Of a DNA stretch of 64,000 nt, positions 46,498 through 57,319 are shown one piece after another; position 1 is the first letter of the stretch; every line of letters starts with the position of its first letter. The notes under the pieces are model-generated. The model worked only from the letters and a program-made list of their open reading frames with translations. It had not been told where the DNA came from and did not search any database. Both the position numbers and the translations under genes were made by a program. The stretch spans positions 16,170 through 80,169 of the forward strand of contig CACPLR010000001.1 of NCBI GenBank assembly GCA_902634885.1. Reading direction: 5' to 3'. This stretch comes from an uncultured Pelagibacteraceae bacterium (GTDB lineage Bacteria > Pseudomonadota > Alphaproteobacteria > Pelagibacterales > Pelagibacteraceae).

Positions 46498-47782
46498 ATA
46501 AGTTAGCTAAATTCTCATCTTTAGAAAATTTATACAACATATGATCTGCATTTGTTTTTTTATTTTCAATAATTCTAAATAAATGATCTATAAATTTTTC
46601 CTCGTTCATACCTTTCTTGTTAAGTATATTTCTGTTTGTTAGTCCTTTTTTAGAAATATTTAATATTATTGAGGACCAATACAATAGATCTTTGCCCATC
46701 AGAGGAGTAGATAGTCCTTTTTTTGGAGCATTGCTGTAAGCCTCTAAAACCTCATTTACATCCCATTTTTTCACAACCTCTAATGCTTCATCTAAATTTC
46801 CATAAAGCAGCCCTGTATTGAAAGCAGGACCAGAGCATAAACAATCCCAACCACAAGCATCCATAGATCTTAACTCAATATATTTCTTCAATCTATTTTC
46901 TGTAAATATGGTTCCAAGATGCGTACTCAATTCTGCCTCTGTTGGTTGTAAATTTTTAATCTCATTTATTTTTCCATCCATAAAGTCCTTAAATATATAT
47001 TTTTTTCCTGAAATATATTTTCCATCAGATTGGATAAATAATAATGGCATACTCATTATAAATTCAGCATAATTTTCAAAATTTACTTTTTCTAAAAAAA
47101 ATTTAGGGAGACCACCACGTGACGTTTGTTGCCATACATGCGATCTGTATGAAAAGTAATTACTATTTTTTTTTTCAATAATTGATGAATTTGCAAATAA
47201 AGCAATATTAATTGGAACTAAATAATTTGCTAACTTAAACTTTTTTGAAAAATCTTCTTCAGAAGTATAATCAATGTTTAATTGTGTACCACATGTTCTA
47301 TACATCATATCTAAACTTAATGCTCCACCTTCAGGCATGTCTTTAGTCATGACTTCATATCTTTGTTTTGGGTTGTTTGGTATTTCTGAAAGTTTGGATA
47401 TAGGATCAAATCCCGCGCTTATAATTCGAAAGTTAAGTTTTTCTAAAACTTGTTTTAATTCAAATAAATACTCATGAGACTCTGAACATGCTTCATGAAT
47501 ATTGCTTAGTTTTGCTCCAGATAATTCAATTTGGTTTCCCGGCTCAAGTGTAATATTTTTATCTTCTTTGCAAAGACCAATTACTTTATCATTCTCTTTA
47601 ATAGGCTTCCAACCAAACTCGTAGAGATGGCCAAACATTTTTGTAATAGACCAATAATCAATTCTCTTGTTATTTTTTTTATTAAATATAAATTTTTCAT
47701 GTTCGACACCAATTTTTAGATTTCCTTCTTCTTTGATGCCATCTTCAAAATATTTAATAATTTGATCTTTGTTATTTATCAT
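46487..47782 (-). CDS. gshA: Glutamate-cysteine ligase (alphaproteobacterial/plant type)
   Basis: IGVEHEKF, TLEPG.QIELSG, PKQRY, MMYRTC.TQLN.D, ALFANS, HL.TIF.E.RLKKYIELR..D. Confidence 0.93.
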   Translation of the reverse strand: MINNKDQIIKYFEDGIKEEGNLKIGVEHEKFIFNKKNNKRIDYWSITKMFGHLYEFGWKPIKENDKVIGLCKEDKNITLEPGNQIELSGAKLSNIHEACSESHEYLFELKQVLEKLNFRIISAGFDPISKLSEIPNNPKQRYEVMTKDMPEGGALSLDMMYRTCGTQLNIDYTSEEDFSKKFKLANYLVPINIALFANSSIIEKKNSNYFSYRSHVWQQTSRGGLPKFFLEKVNFENYAEFIMSMPLLFIQSDGKYISGKKYIFKDFMDGKINEIKNLQPTEAELSTHLGTIFTENRLKKYIELRSMDACGWDCLCSGPAFNTGLLYGNLDEALEVVKKWDVNEVLEAYSNAPKKGLSTPLMGKDLLYWSSIILNISKKGLTNRNILNKKGMNEEKFIDHLFRIIENKKTNADHMLYKFSKDENLANLYDQ

Positions 47783-47783
47783 T

Positions 47784-49721
47784 TTAACTACTTATACCTT
47801 TTAAATAATCATTTATCTCATTAATACTAGATATTTTGTTTGAACATGTCTGATTTTTACAAATAACAACACCTAAATCAGATTTATTTTCTGTGTTGTA
47901 AATAAATATGGCTCTATCAAAATAGTTTTTTAATAAATAATTTTTTATTTCTTTGTTATCGCCATAAAATGTAAAAGAAATAGTTTCGTGATACATATCT
48001 AAAGCTTTAACAAAGCTAAACATTTGTGAAAAATTTGAGTTTAAAACTTGGTGAAATGATTGTTGAAGTATACGTGATTTTTCAAACCAATATTTATCAT
48101 TTGTTATGTAATATAACTTATTTATTTGAGTTAAATAAACACTATTACCATTAGGTATATTATTATCATTTAAATCAACGGGACTAACAAAAAGATCATT
48201 TATTTTGATAGGATTTTTTTGCAGTAGTTTTGATTTGTCATCATAAAACATATTCCACGCTTCAACCATTATTTTAGAAGCTTCATCTAAATATTCTTTT
48301 TTTCCCTCAATTTCGTACAAATTTAATAATAATTTTGAGTAAAAGACATAATCTTCTAGAAAAACATCAATTTCTTCTGACTGATAGCAATGAAATATTT
48401 TGTCTGACATTTTCTCTTTAAGTATTTTGAACTTTTGAAAAGCAATTTTTTTAATATTCTCATCTTCCAAAACAACAGATGCATTTAATAAAGTTGTAAT
48501 TAAAAAGGCATTTTGATCTGTTTGAGATTTATCATCAAATAATGGTTTAACTCTTTTGTTTCTGATTTGAATTAAATCATTCTCTGCTCTTGAAATTATT
48601 TCTTTTTCATTTTCATCCAAATCACTATTTTGCTCAACAAGAATATTTTTTCCCTCAAAATTACCTTCATTAGTTATTAAGTATTTTTTGGCAAATATAT
48701 CTAAATTATTTTGTAAAATCTTACTTAATTCATCGAAAGACCATGTATAAAATTTTCCCTCCACACCTTCACTGTCAGCATCATATGCAGATCCATATAA
48801 TCCGATATCATTTACAAATTCTGTATTTATATAGTTTATCGTTTGAGTTAATTTTTTTTTAAAATAATCAGATTTTGTTCTCTGATAAAATTTTGACAAA
48901 AGACTTATAAACTGAATGTTATCGTAGAGCATTTTTTCAAAATGAGGAATAATCCATTTATCATCAACTGTATATCTAGCTATGCCTCCTGCCAATTGAT
49001 CATAAATTCCTTTTGAACAAATATTTTTTAATAACGTCTCTACAGGTTTAAGATATTTTTCATCATCTGTTTTCAAAAAAAAATAAAACATGGCATCAAA
49101 TAAATAAAATTGTGGAAATTTTGGAGCACCTTTGAAACTTCCATGTTCTTCATCTAAATATGAAATAATTTTATCTACAAAAGGTAAAAGAGGTTGATTT
49201 AAAACTGCAGATCTTTGATTAATTTTAGAAAAAATATCCTGTATTTGTGAAGCTTGAGCAATTATTTTTTCTCTATTATCCCTATAAACATCTGAGACAT
49301 TGTTTAAAACTTTTCTAAAATCAGGTCTTCCTTGCATTTCTTTTGGAGGAAAGTAAGTACCTCCTGTAAAAGGCACACCATTTTCATCTAAAAACATAGA
49401 AAGAGGCCAGCCTCCTTGCGTACCAGTTAAAATTGATAAGCTTCTCTGAAAAACGTAATCAAGATCTGGTCTTTCTTCTCTATCAACTTTGATATTTATA
49501 AATTTTTCATTCATTATTTTTGCCGTTTCTTCATCTTCAAAACTTTCATGAGCCATAACATGGCACCAATGACAACTGGCATAACCAACACTTAGAAAAA
49601 TTGGTTTTTTTTCATCTTTAGCTAATTTTAAGGTTTCACTTTTCCAGGGATACCAATCAACAGGATTATTTTCATGTTGTTTTAGATATGGACTTTTCTC
49701 AGAGGCAAGTCGATTAGTCAT
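47784..49721 (-). CDS. Thioredoxin domain-containing protein YyaL/DUF255 family
   Basis: [58 protein letters not shown]. Confidence 0.92.
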   Translation of the reverse strand: MTNRLASEKSPYLKQHENNPVDWYPWKSETLKLAKDEKKPIFLSVGYASCHWCHVMAHESFEDEETAKIMNEKFINIKVDREERPDLDYVFQRSLSILTGTQGGWPLSMFLDENGVPFTGGTYFPPKEMQGRPDFRKVLNNVSDVYRDNREKIIAQASQIQDIFSKINQRSAVLNQPLLPFVDKIISYLDEEHGSFKGAPKFPQFYLFDAMFYFFLKTDDEKYLKPVETLLKNICSKGIYDQLAGGIARYTVDDKWIIPHFEKMLYDNIQFISLLSKFYQRTKSDYFKKKLTQTINYINTEFVNDIGLYGSAYDADSEGVEGKFYTWSFDELSKILQNNLDIFAKKYLITNEGNFEGKNILVEQNSDLDENEKEIISRAENDLIQIRNKRVKPLFDDKSQTDQNAFLITTLLNASVVLEDENIKKIAFQKFKILKEKMSDKIFHCYQSEEIDVFLEDYVFYSKLLLNLYEIEGKKEYLDEASKIMVEAWNMFYDDKSKLLQKNPIKINDLFVSPVDLNDNNIPNGNSVYLTQINKLYYITNDKYWFEKSRILQQSFHQVLNSNFSQMFSFVKALDMYHETISFTFYGDNKEIKNYLLKNYFDRAIFIYNTENKSDLGVVICKNQTCSNKISSINEINDYLKGISS

Positions 49722-49731
49722 ATTTAAAATT

Positions 49732-50289
49732 TTAGTGATGGTAAAAAGGATCTCTTGAGAAAATTTTCCTTACCATGGGCTCAAATTCTTTTAATGTCAT
49801 TGACTTGTAATCTGGATCAAAAGAACATTGATCGTAATTCTCACAAAAATCAACGGTTGCTTGATAATATTTATGATCTTTATATCTTTCTCTAGCATTT
49901 TTATCTCCACCCAAATGCTCTGCTGAGTAATAAGTTTGAAATAAACCGTGTTTTTCAATTATCCAATGTGTTTTCTCAGATACGTAAGGTCTTAATATTG
50001 ATGCAGCATATTTAGAGTGATTCATTGGAGCTAGTTCATCTCCGATATCATGTAATAAAGTTGCAACAACCATTTCCTCGCTCTCACCATTTTTAAATGC
50101 TCTAGTAGCTGATTGTAAAGAATGTTCTAATCTTGAAACCTTATATCCTTCGAGTGTGCTATCTAGTTTTGAAAGATAGTTTAAAATTCTATCAGCAGTT
50201 TTTCTTTCATATTCTTTTTCGTGTTTATCTAAAAGAGCATAATCCTCTTTGGTTCCATGCTTCATTTCAGTAAAACTTACTTTTTTCAT
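49732..50289 (-). CDS. HD-domain protein, PhnZ/MIOX-like putative diiron enzyme
   Basis: [29 protein letters not shown] (H..HD..H..H..D ligand pattern). Confidence 0.8.
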   Translation of the reverse strand: MKKVSFTEMKHGTKEDYALLDKHEKEYERKTADRILNYLSKLDSTLEGYKVSRLEHSLQSATRAFKNGESEEMVVATLLHDIGDELAPMNHSKYAASILRPYVSEKTHWIIEKHGLFQTYYSAEHLGGDKNARERYKDHKYYQATVDFCENYDQCSFDPDYKSMTLKEFEPMVRKIFSRDPFYHH

Positions 50290-51770
50290 CAGTTATTTGA
50301 ACCAGTACTTAAGAGTGATAATTGAGTGACCTTATCCCCGCCTAATTCGTCAATTATTTTTACTGGATAATCACCAGTAAAATAATGATCTGTTAACTGA
50401 GGATAGTTATCATTTCTTTTTTCAAATCCCATGGCTTTATAAAGCCCATCTAAACTTAAAAATCTCAAACTTTGTGCACTTATAAATTCTTTTATTTCAT
50501 CTACAGTTTTATTAGCAGCCAATAGTTCTTTCTTTGTAGGGGTATCTACACCATAAAAATCAGGATATTTGATTTCAGGACAAGCAATTCTAACATGCAC
50601 TTCTTTAGCTCCAGCATCATATAACATCTTAACTATTTTATAAGAGGTCGTTCCTCTGACAAGCGAGTCATCGATTAATATTATTTTTTTATTTTTAATT
50701 ACTGATAGGTTTGCATTTAATTTTAACTTTACTCCAAGGCTTCTAATTTGTTGAGAAGGTTCTATAAAAGTTCGTCCCACATAATGGTTTCTAATAAGAC
50801 CTAAATCAAATTTTACTCTTTTCTCTTGGGCATAACCTAAAGCTGCAGCATTTCCAGAGTCTGGTACTGGCACAACTAAATCAGCATCAAAATTATCTTC
50901 TTTAGCTAACTGTGCTCCAAAATTTTTTCTATATTCGTAAGCAGTTTTTCCACTTAAAATACTATCGGGTCTTGAAAAATAAATATATTCAAAAATACAA
51001 GGCCTTACTTTTTTTGGAGGAAAAGGTTTTAAACTTTGAAGTTCATCATTTTCAACGTAAACAATTTCTCCATTTTCAACTTCTCTTACAAATTTTGCAC
51101 CTATAATATCTAAAGCACATGTCTCTGAGGTAAAAACGTAGGAATTTTTTAACTTTCCGATAACGAGAGGACGAATACCTAGTGGATCTCTAACTCCTAT
51201 TAAGCTATTTTGAGTCATCATAACCAAAGCATATCCTCCTTGAATTTGGAATATAGCGTCAATTATTTTATCAATTGTTCGACCTCTTTTTGATTTAGCA
51301 ATTAGTTTAACAATAGTTTCTGTGTCTGAAGTTGTGTAAAAAATAGATCCTTCCTGAACCATTTTATTTCTCAAAGTGATCGCGTTAGTTAAATTTCCAT
51401 TGTGAGCTACACCGATACCTCCAGAATTTGTATCTGCAAAGAATGGTTGTACGTTTCTTAAAGCAGTACCTCCTGTTGTTGAATATCTATTATGCCCAAT
51501 TGCAAATTTTCCTGGTAAATTTTTTAAAACTTTTTCATCATTAAAATTGTCTCCAACAAGACCAAATCTTTTTTCCGAATGATATTTTTCTCCATCAAAT
51601 GAAACAATCCCACATCCTTCTTGACCTCTGTGTTGCAGAGCGTGCAAACCTAAAGCTGTTAGGGTAGATGCCTCTGGAGAGTTGCTTATTCCAAAAACAC
51701 CGCACTCCTCTTTGATTTTTGGACTATATATCCTGAACTTTTTCTTTAGCGTCTTGATATTCTTTTTCAT
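50289..51770 (-). CDS. purF: Amidophosphoribosyltransferase
   Basis: EECGVFG, LQHRGQE, GHNRYSTTG, CIFEYIYFSRPDS, VPDSG, DDSLVRGTT. Confidence 0.96.
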   Translation of the reverse strand: MKKNIKTLKKKFRIYSPKIKEECGVFGISNSPEASTLTALGLHALQHRGQEGCGIVSFDGEKYHSEKRFGLVGDNFNDEKVLKNLPGKFAIGHNRYSTTGGTALRNVQPFFADTNSGGIGVAHNGNLTNAITLRNKMVQEGSIFYTTSDTETIVKLIAKSKRGRTIDKIIDAIFQIQGGYALVMMTQNSLIGVRDPLGIRPLVIGKLKNSYVFTSETCALDIIGAKFVREVENGEIVYVENDELQSLKPFPPKKVRPCIFEYIYFSRPDSILSGKTAYEYRKNFGAQLAKEDNFDADLVVPVPDSGNAAALGYAQEKRVKFDLGLIRNHYVGRTFIEPSQQIRSLGVKLKLNANLSVIKNKKIILIDDSLVRGTTSYKIVKMLYDAGAKEVHVRIACPEIKYPDFYGVDTPTKKELLAANKTVDEIKEFISAQSLRFLSLDGLYKAMGFEKRNDNYPQLTDHYFTGDYPVKIIDELGGDKVTQLSLLSTGSNN

Positions 51771-52269
51771 TGGGAAATTCTTTTATAAGGTACTTACTAC
51801 CTTTTTCAACCATAGGAAATGTAAATGAATCCCTCAAGTTTAAGGGCCATTTTTCATAATTATAAACAATATTAGCAGCTGTAAATAAACAAACCACAAC
51901 TACATAGGACTTAACGATTCCAAATATCAATCCAAAAAATTTATCTATTGTTCCAATACCTGAATAGGTTACAGCTTTGCTTATTGCTTTGTTAATCATC
52001 AATATTAAAAAAATTATCAATACATATAAACTAACTCCCAAAATTATATCTAATACATATTCGTTGTCTAAAATATTTTCTACATAGGGTTTTACTTTTG
52101 GAAAAATAAAAATTGTTAAAACATATGCCAATACCCATTTTGCAGCCGATAAAATCGATAGTACAAATCCTTTAAAAGCTCCTCTAATCATTAACAAAAT
52201 TGTTAAAACTATATAAGAGTAATCAAATACTGTAATTTTTTCTAAAATATCTTGAATATTATCAATCAC
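51724..52269 (-). CDS. cvpA: CvpA family protein
   Basis: RGAFKGFVLS, D.FFG.IFG..K; directly upstream of purF (conserved pair). Confidence 0.88.
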   Translation of the reverse strand: MIDNIQDILEKITVFDYSYIVLTILLMIRGAFKGFVLSILSAAKWVLAYVLTIFIFPKVKPYVENILDNEYVLDIILGVSLYVLIIFLILMINKAISKAVTYSGIGTIDKFFGLIFGIVKSYVVVVCLFTAANIVYNYEKWPLNLRDSFTFPMVEKGSKYLIKEFPNEKEYQDAKEKVQDI

Positions 52270-54644
52270 TTAATTGAAAATGGTTTAACAACTAATAATA
52301 AAGATGGAAGAAGAGTTAGTACAGAAATCATCGCCAATAACATTGCAATTCCTGTAAATATACCAAAATAAATAGTTGGAATAAAATTTGATAATACTAA
52401 AATAGAAAATCCAAATACAATTGTGATTGAAGTATTTAATATAGCAACCCCTACAGTTGAGTGACAAACACGAAGTGTTTTATCGTAATTTTTAATTTTG
52501 GAAAATTCTTCTTTAAACCTATAGATATAATGAATACTGTTATCAACAGCAATACCAATAGTTATTGCAGCAATAGTAATTGTCATCATATCTAATGGTA
52601 TACCTGCTAATCCAATTATACCTAAAATAAAAAAAGCAGCTATAAAATTTGGAACTACACCAATCAAAGATAATTTAATATTTCTAAATAAAATAATGAA
52701 CATTATAAATATCCCAACCATTACAAAACCAAGAGTTAATATTTGAGATTTAAATAAACTTTGTAACAAGTTGTTAAATAAAATTAAAACTCCTCCTAAT
52801 TTAAATTCATCTTTTTTAAGTCCCAGTTTATCTTCTAAATCAAAATTAATTTGATTAATTAAGTCATTTCTTCTTAAATCTTCTAGAGAGTCTTTTATTC
52901 TTAAACTTATCCTTGCCTCTGAGTCTTTAATTGAAATATAAGGATCAACAATTTCCTTTTTAATCGTATCAGGAATTTTTGAGTACAATACGCCCATCTC
53001 CAAGGTCCCTAATGGTTTGTTGTTATTTAGTTGAGTTGCAACCTCAATTATAGAAGAAAAAGATAGTACTTTGCCTACTGGCTCTAAGCTATCTAGATAG
53101 TTATGTACATTGTTGATTTTATCAATTTTATCTTTAGTAAACCAATACTTGTCGTTATTTTGTTCTTCATCACCCCAATCATCCTCAAAATCATCATCAG
53201 ACTTTTCCTGTTTATTTTTTGGAAACTTAAGTATTACCTCCAAAGGTGTTGTGCCACCTAACTTTTCATCAATTAATTTCATGCCTTTGTAAATTTCAGT
53301 GTTTTTATTGAAGTAATTGATGAAACTATTTTCTACCTCTAATTTTGAAATACCAATTACGCTTAAAATAATAATAAATACAGTCGTTCCAAAAATAATA
53401 TTTTTTCTATCAATTGCAAAATTACCAAGAGAATACGTAAATTTTGATTTTTGATCCTTTTTTATATTGATATTTGATTTTTCAATAAAATTCAGCAAAG
53501 TTGGCAGAAGTGTAAATGTGATTATAAAAGATGTAAGCAGTCCCATTGTCATCATCCAACCAAAATCTATTATTGGTTTTATTTCACTAAATATTAAAGA
53601 TAAGAAAGCGCAAATAGTTGTAAGAACAGTATAAAGTATAGGCCAATACATATTACTTGTAGTCATTAGAATGATACTGGTTTTAGTTTTATTTGGAAAT
53701 TTTTTTGAGAGTTGAAGAAATCGAGTACTCATATGAATGTTCATTGCCATTGTTAGGATGAGCATCATAGCTATAAAGTTTGAGGATATAACAGTAACTT
53801 TCCATCCAACTAGACCTAAAAGCCCCATCATAATTATCACAGAAAAAAAACAACTGCTTATAGGAACAATAATCCAAATTAATTTTCTAAAGACAAACCA
53901 GAGTGTTGCAATTATAAAAATTAATACTCCAAGGCCAAATACAATTATATCATTTTTTATAAAAGTCATCATATCATCTGCAATCATAGGAATACCGCCC
54001 AAATAAATTTTACCAATATTACTAAAATTTTTTATTACTTCTCTGATCTCTAAAATATTTTCATGATTTTGTTTTTTGATCTGATCTTTATATTTTTCTA
54101 GCTCTTGCTTGTTTTTAAATATTTTATTTTTTTCCTTGGGTTTTAGATAAACAATTATTCCACTGGTTTTCCCATCTTCACTTATTACAAAATTTCTAAA
54201 TACGGGACTATTTTTAATTTCTTGAAAACCTCTAATTTTATCAACATCATTATCTTTTAATGATTTAAAATTTTTTAATCTTTCTAAAAGTGGCTGATCA
54301 GTGCTATTAAGAAGAGGTATATCTAAAAGAGTGATAACATTATGAACCCAATCTAATTTTTGAATTTCTTGTTTTAGTAATAGTAAATTTTTTATGGATT
54401 CAGATGAAATCATTTCAACATTTGGAGTATAAGTTAATATTAAAAATTCTTTTGCCCCGTATCTTTCAGAGATTTCATTAAGGTATTTTAGGTCTGGATC
54501 TCCTTCAATTAAAAGGGTGTCTGATGATGCATCAAGCCTAAAATTTTTTGAGAAATAACCAAAAAAAATTAAAGAAATTAAAAGTAGAAGAAAAACTAAT
54601 TTTGGTTTTTCAATAATATTTTTTTGATAAAGATTAGCTAACAT
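52266..54644 (-). CDS. MMPL/RND family transporter
   Basis: Two repeats of one TM + periplasmic domain + five TM; GGIPMI, LTTICAFLSL, GIAVDNSIH, TLLP. Confidence 0.85.
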   Translation of the reverse strand: MLANLYQKNIIEKPKLVFLLLLISLIFFGYFSKNFRLDASSDTLLIEGDPDLKYLNEISERYGAKEFLILTYTPNVEMISSESIKNLLLLKQEIQKLDWVHNVITLLDIPLLNSTDQPLLERLKNFKSLKDNDVDKIRGFQEIKNSPVFRNFVISEDGKTSGIIVYLKPKEKNKIFKNKQELEKYKDQIKKQNHENILEIREVIKNFSNIGKIYLGGIPMIADDMMTFIKNDIIVFGLGVLIFIIATLWFVFRKLIWIIVPISSCFFSVIIMMGLLGLVGWKVTVISSNFIAMMLILTMAMNIHMSTRFLQLSKKFPNKTKTSIILMTTSNMYWPILYTVLTTICAFLSLIFSEIKPIIDFGWMMTMGLLTSFIITFTLLPTLLNFIEKSNINIKKDQKSKFTYSLGNFAIDRKNIIFGTTVFIIILSVIGISKLEVENSFINYFNKNTEIYKGMKLIDEKLGGTTPLEVILKFPKNKQEKSDDDFEDDWGDEEQNNDKYWFTKDKIDKINNVHNYLDSLEPVGKVLSFSSIIEVATQLNNNKPLGTLEMGVLYSKIPDTIKKEIVDPYISIKDSEARISLRIKDSLEDLRRNDLINQINFDLEDKLGLKKDEFKLGGVLILFNNLLQSLFKSQILTLGFVMVGIFIMFIILFRNIKLSLIGVVPNFIAAFFILGIIGLAGIPLDMMTITIAAITIGIAVDNSIHYIYRFKEEFSKIKNYDKTLRVCHSTVGVAILNTSITIVFGFSILVLSNFIPTIYFGIFTGIAMLLAMISVLTLLPSLLLVVKPFSIK

Positions 54645-54669
54645 TCAGTATTAGCTTATATATTTAAAA

Positions 54670-56085
54670 CTAGTTATTTTGAATATCTTTAAATTTGGTA
54701 AACATAGCCTCAAATTCAAGCATTATATTACCTGTTGGACCATGACGTTGTTTACCTATAATTATTTCGGCTAAACTTGACACTTCATTCATTTTCGCTT
54801 GCCACTCTGCGTGCTCAACTGTTGCAGGTCTTGGTTCTTTTCTCTCTAAGTAATATGCTTCCCTATAAACAAACATAACAACATCTGCATCTTGTTCAAT
54901 TGAACCAGATTCTCTCAGATCAGCTAGTTGTGGTTTTTTATCATCCCTTGCCTCAACTGCTCTAGATAGCTGAGATAAGGCAACAACAGGAACAGATAAC
55001 TCCTTTGCTAGTGCTTTTAAACCTTGGGTAATCTCTGATATTTCTTGAACTCTTCCATCTTTAAAGTTAGACGCTTTCATAAGTTGAATATAGTCTATGA
55101 CGACCATCTCTAAGTCATACAATCTCTTTATTCTTCTTGCTCTATTGCTCAAAGCTGCAATTGAAATTGCTGGAGTTTCATCAATATAGAGAGGCAACTC
55201 GGAAATATCTTTTGAGGTTTCAATAAATTTATCAAATTGTTCCTCCGATATTCTTCCCCTTCTTATATCATTAGATTTAATTCTAGATTGCTCAGCAAGA
55301 ATTCTAGTTGAAAGTTGTTCTGAGGACATTTCTAAAGAAAAAAAAGCTATTGAGGACTTTTTACCATCATCCTGTAACTTCTTTGCGGCATTAAATGCAA
55401 TATTTGTGGCTAATGCTGTTTTACCCATTGATGGTCTTCCAGCGATTATAATTAAATCTGATTTATGTAAACCTCCAAGACGATCATCAAGATCTGTTAA
55501 ACCAGTAGGCACACCAACTATTCCCTCGTCATTTTTGTATGCGCTTGAAGCCATTTCAATTGTTTGTCTCATTGCTTCGTCAAATTTAATTAGTGAATTA
55601 CTAAACGAACCTTTTTCAGCTAAATCAAATAATGATTTTTCAAAATCCTCAATAATTTTTTGTCCATCATTATCTATGTCATTAAGTTTTGCAGTATCAA
55701 TTATATTTTCTGAAATTTTAATTAGTTCTCTTTTTACATATAAATCATAAATTAACTTTGAATATTCAATCGTTTGCCTTGAGGAAGTTGAAAATTTAGT
55801 AATTTTTACAAGATATTCAGGTAGATTTAATTCATCTTTTTCATTTTCAAAATAATTTTTTAGAGTAATAGGATTTGCTAACATACCGCTATAGATTAAT
55901 TTCTCAATTGCTTTAAAAATCTTTTGATGCATTGGATCGTAAAAATTTTTATGGGCAATTATCATATTTATTTCATCAAATATTTCATTTGAAAGTAAAA
56001 TTGATCCAATTACTGATTGTTCGGCCTCAATATTATTTGGATGTTCTTCTAATTTACTTTTAATGATGTTGAGTGATTGGGACAT
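54670..56085 (-). CDS. dnaB: Replicative DNA helicase
   Basis: EAEQSVIG, AGRPSMGKT, FSLEM, IDYIQL, LSQLSR, DLRESGSIEQDAD, KQRHGPTG. Confidence 0.98.
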   Translation of the reverse strand: MSQSLNIIKSKLEEHPNNIEAEQSVIGSILLSNEIFDEINMIIAHKNFYDPMHQKIFKAIEKLIYSGMLANPITLKNYFENEKDELNLPEYLVKITKFSTSSRQTIEYSKLIYDLYVKRELIKISENIIDTAKLNDIDNDGQKIIEDFEKSLFDLAEKGSFSNSLIKFDEAMRQTIEMASSAYKNDEGIVGVPTGLTDLDDRLGGLHKSDLIIIAGRPSMGKTALATNIAFNAAKKLQDDGKKSSIAFFSLEMSSEQLSTRILAEQSRIKSNDIRRGRISEEQFDKFIETSKDISELPLYIDETPAISIAALSNRARRIKRLYDLEMVVIDYIQLMKASNFKDGRVQEISEITQGLKALAKELSVPVVALSQLSRAVEARDDKKPQLADLRESGSIEQDADVVMFVYREAYYLERKEPRPATVEHAEWQAKMNEVSSLAEIIIGKQRHGPTGNIMLEFEAMFTKFKDIQNN

Positions 56086-56151
56086 TGCAAATTTTAATTA
56101 AAAAAAAATTTTAATACAATATATAATAAGCCTGGGGAAAAAGTTGTATAA

Positions 56152-56610
56152 TTATTTGATTTCTTCTTGAGGAATTACTTTAATTGAAATCTTGGTTTGA
56201 ACCTCTGAATGAAGATTTATTTCTACTTTAAATTCACCTAGAGATTTTATTTCTTTAGTAGGTTGAATATTAGAAGGATTTATTTCCATATTATCAATCT
56301 TATGTATCAATTTAGATATTTCGGTAGGTTTTACAGACCCATATAATTCTTTATTTTCAGTGCTAAGTTTTTTTATCTCATAAGTTTTATTTCGAATTTT
56401 TTCTAAAATAACTTTAGCCTCTTTTTTCTTTTCTTGATCTTTTTTATTTAATTCTTGTTTAATTTTCTCAACTTCTTTAACATTCTCTTTAGATGCAAAA
56501 AGAGCTTTTTTTTTTGAAATTAAGTAGTTTCTTGCAAAACCTCTCTTAACATCAATTATCTCTCCAATAGATCCAATTTTTCTTATATTTTCTAATAGAA
56601 CAACTTTCAT
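56152..56610 (-). CDS. rplI: 50S ribosomal protein L9
   Basis: MKVVLLE, VKRGFARNYL, LYGSV, LH.EV. Confidence 0.95.
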   Translation of the reverse strand: MKVVLLENIRKIGSIGEIIDVKRGFARNYLISKKKALFASKENVKEVEKIKQELNKKDQEKKKEAKVILEKIRNKTYEIKKLSTENKELYGSVKPTEISKLIHKIDNMEINPSNIQPTKEIKSLGEFKVEINLHSEVQTKISIKVIPQEEIK

Positions 56611-56879
56611 TATATTAGTGCGAGATTTCTAGCTCTCTTAATTGAAAGAGATAATTCTCTTTGTTTTTTTTGACTTACCGAGGTAATTCGAGATGGGAGA
56701 ATTTTACCATTTTCGGATATATACCTTTTAAGTAGTTTAATATTTTTATAGTCAACTACTGGGGAATCTTTTCCTGATAGGGGGCATTTTTTTTTAAATT
56801 TATACTTATTATTTTGAAAAACGCTTAATTTTGAAAAATTACTTTGTGAGTTTTTTTTTTTATTATTCCTCTTTTTCAT
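56610..56879 (-). CDS. rpsR: 30S ribosomal protein S18
   Basis: [29 protein letters not shown]...IKRAR. Confidence 0.96.
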   Translation of the reverse strand: MKKRNNKKKNSQSNFSKLSVFQNNKYKFKKKCPLSGKDSPVVDYKNIKLLKRYISENGKILPSRITSVSQKKQRELSLSIKRARNLALI

Positions 56880-57235
56880 TATCTTTTAATTTTTTTGTCA
56901 ACTTCTTTATCTTCACTGTTTTTTTTGAAATAATTTGTGTCTAGATCAAATTTTTTAACTTTAACCGTCAGATATCTTAACAAATTTTTATCAATTCTTT
57001 CGTTTTTTTCTAGCTCTGAAATAGTTTTGCCACTAGCTTTAATTTTAAAATGTAAGTAATTGCCTTTTTTATTTTTTTTAATTAAATAAGAGAGTTGTAA
57101 TAACCCCCAGTTTTCAAGCTTAACTATATCACCTTCATTTTTTTCAACAATTTTAGAATACTTTTCTTGAAGTTGTTTTAGCTGTGATGGACTAGTATCT
57201 TGTCGAGCTATAATTGTGTGTTCGTATAAGTTCAT
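56879..57235 (-). CDS. rpsF: 30S ribosomal protein S6
   Basis: YEH..IARQD, ENWGL..LSY.IKK..KG.Y, LRYLTV. Confidence 0.95.
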   Translation of the reverse strand: MNLYEHTIIARQDTSPSQLKQLQEKYSKIVEKNEGDIVKLENWGLLQLSYLIKKNKKGNYLHFKIKASGKTISELEKNERIDKNLLRYLTVKVKKFDLDTNYFKKNSEDKEVDKKIKR

Positions 57236-57319
57236 ATTTATTCTTTCAAAAATGTGAGGATATACTATTATTAATTTTTAATTACAATACAAAAAATACA
57301 ATATTTACTTATATATTTA

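Noticed and set aside
42059-50289. PhnY*/PhnZ aminoethylphosphonate-to-glycine pathway (PhyH plus HD protein)
   Set aside because: It fits the theme, but the genes are about 7 kb apart in different operons, no phosphonate transporter is present, and the HD protein lacks the recalled PhnZ motifs. Both are kept only as separate unknowns.
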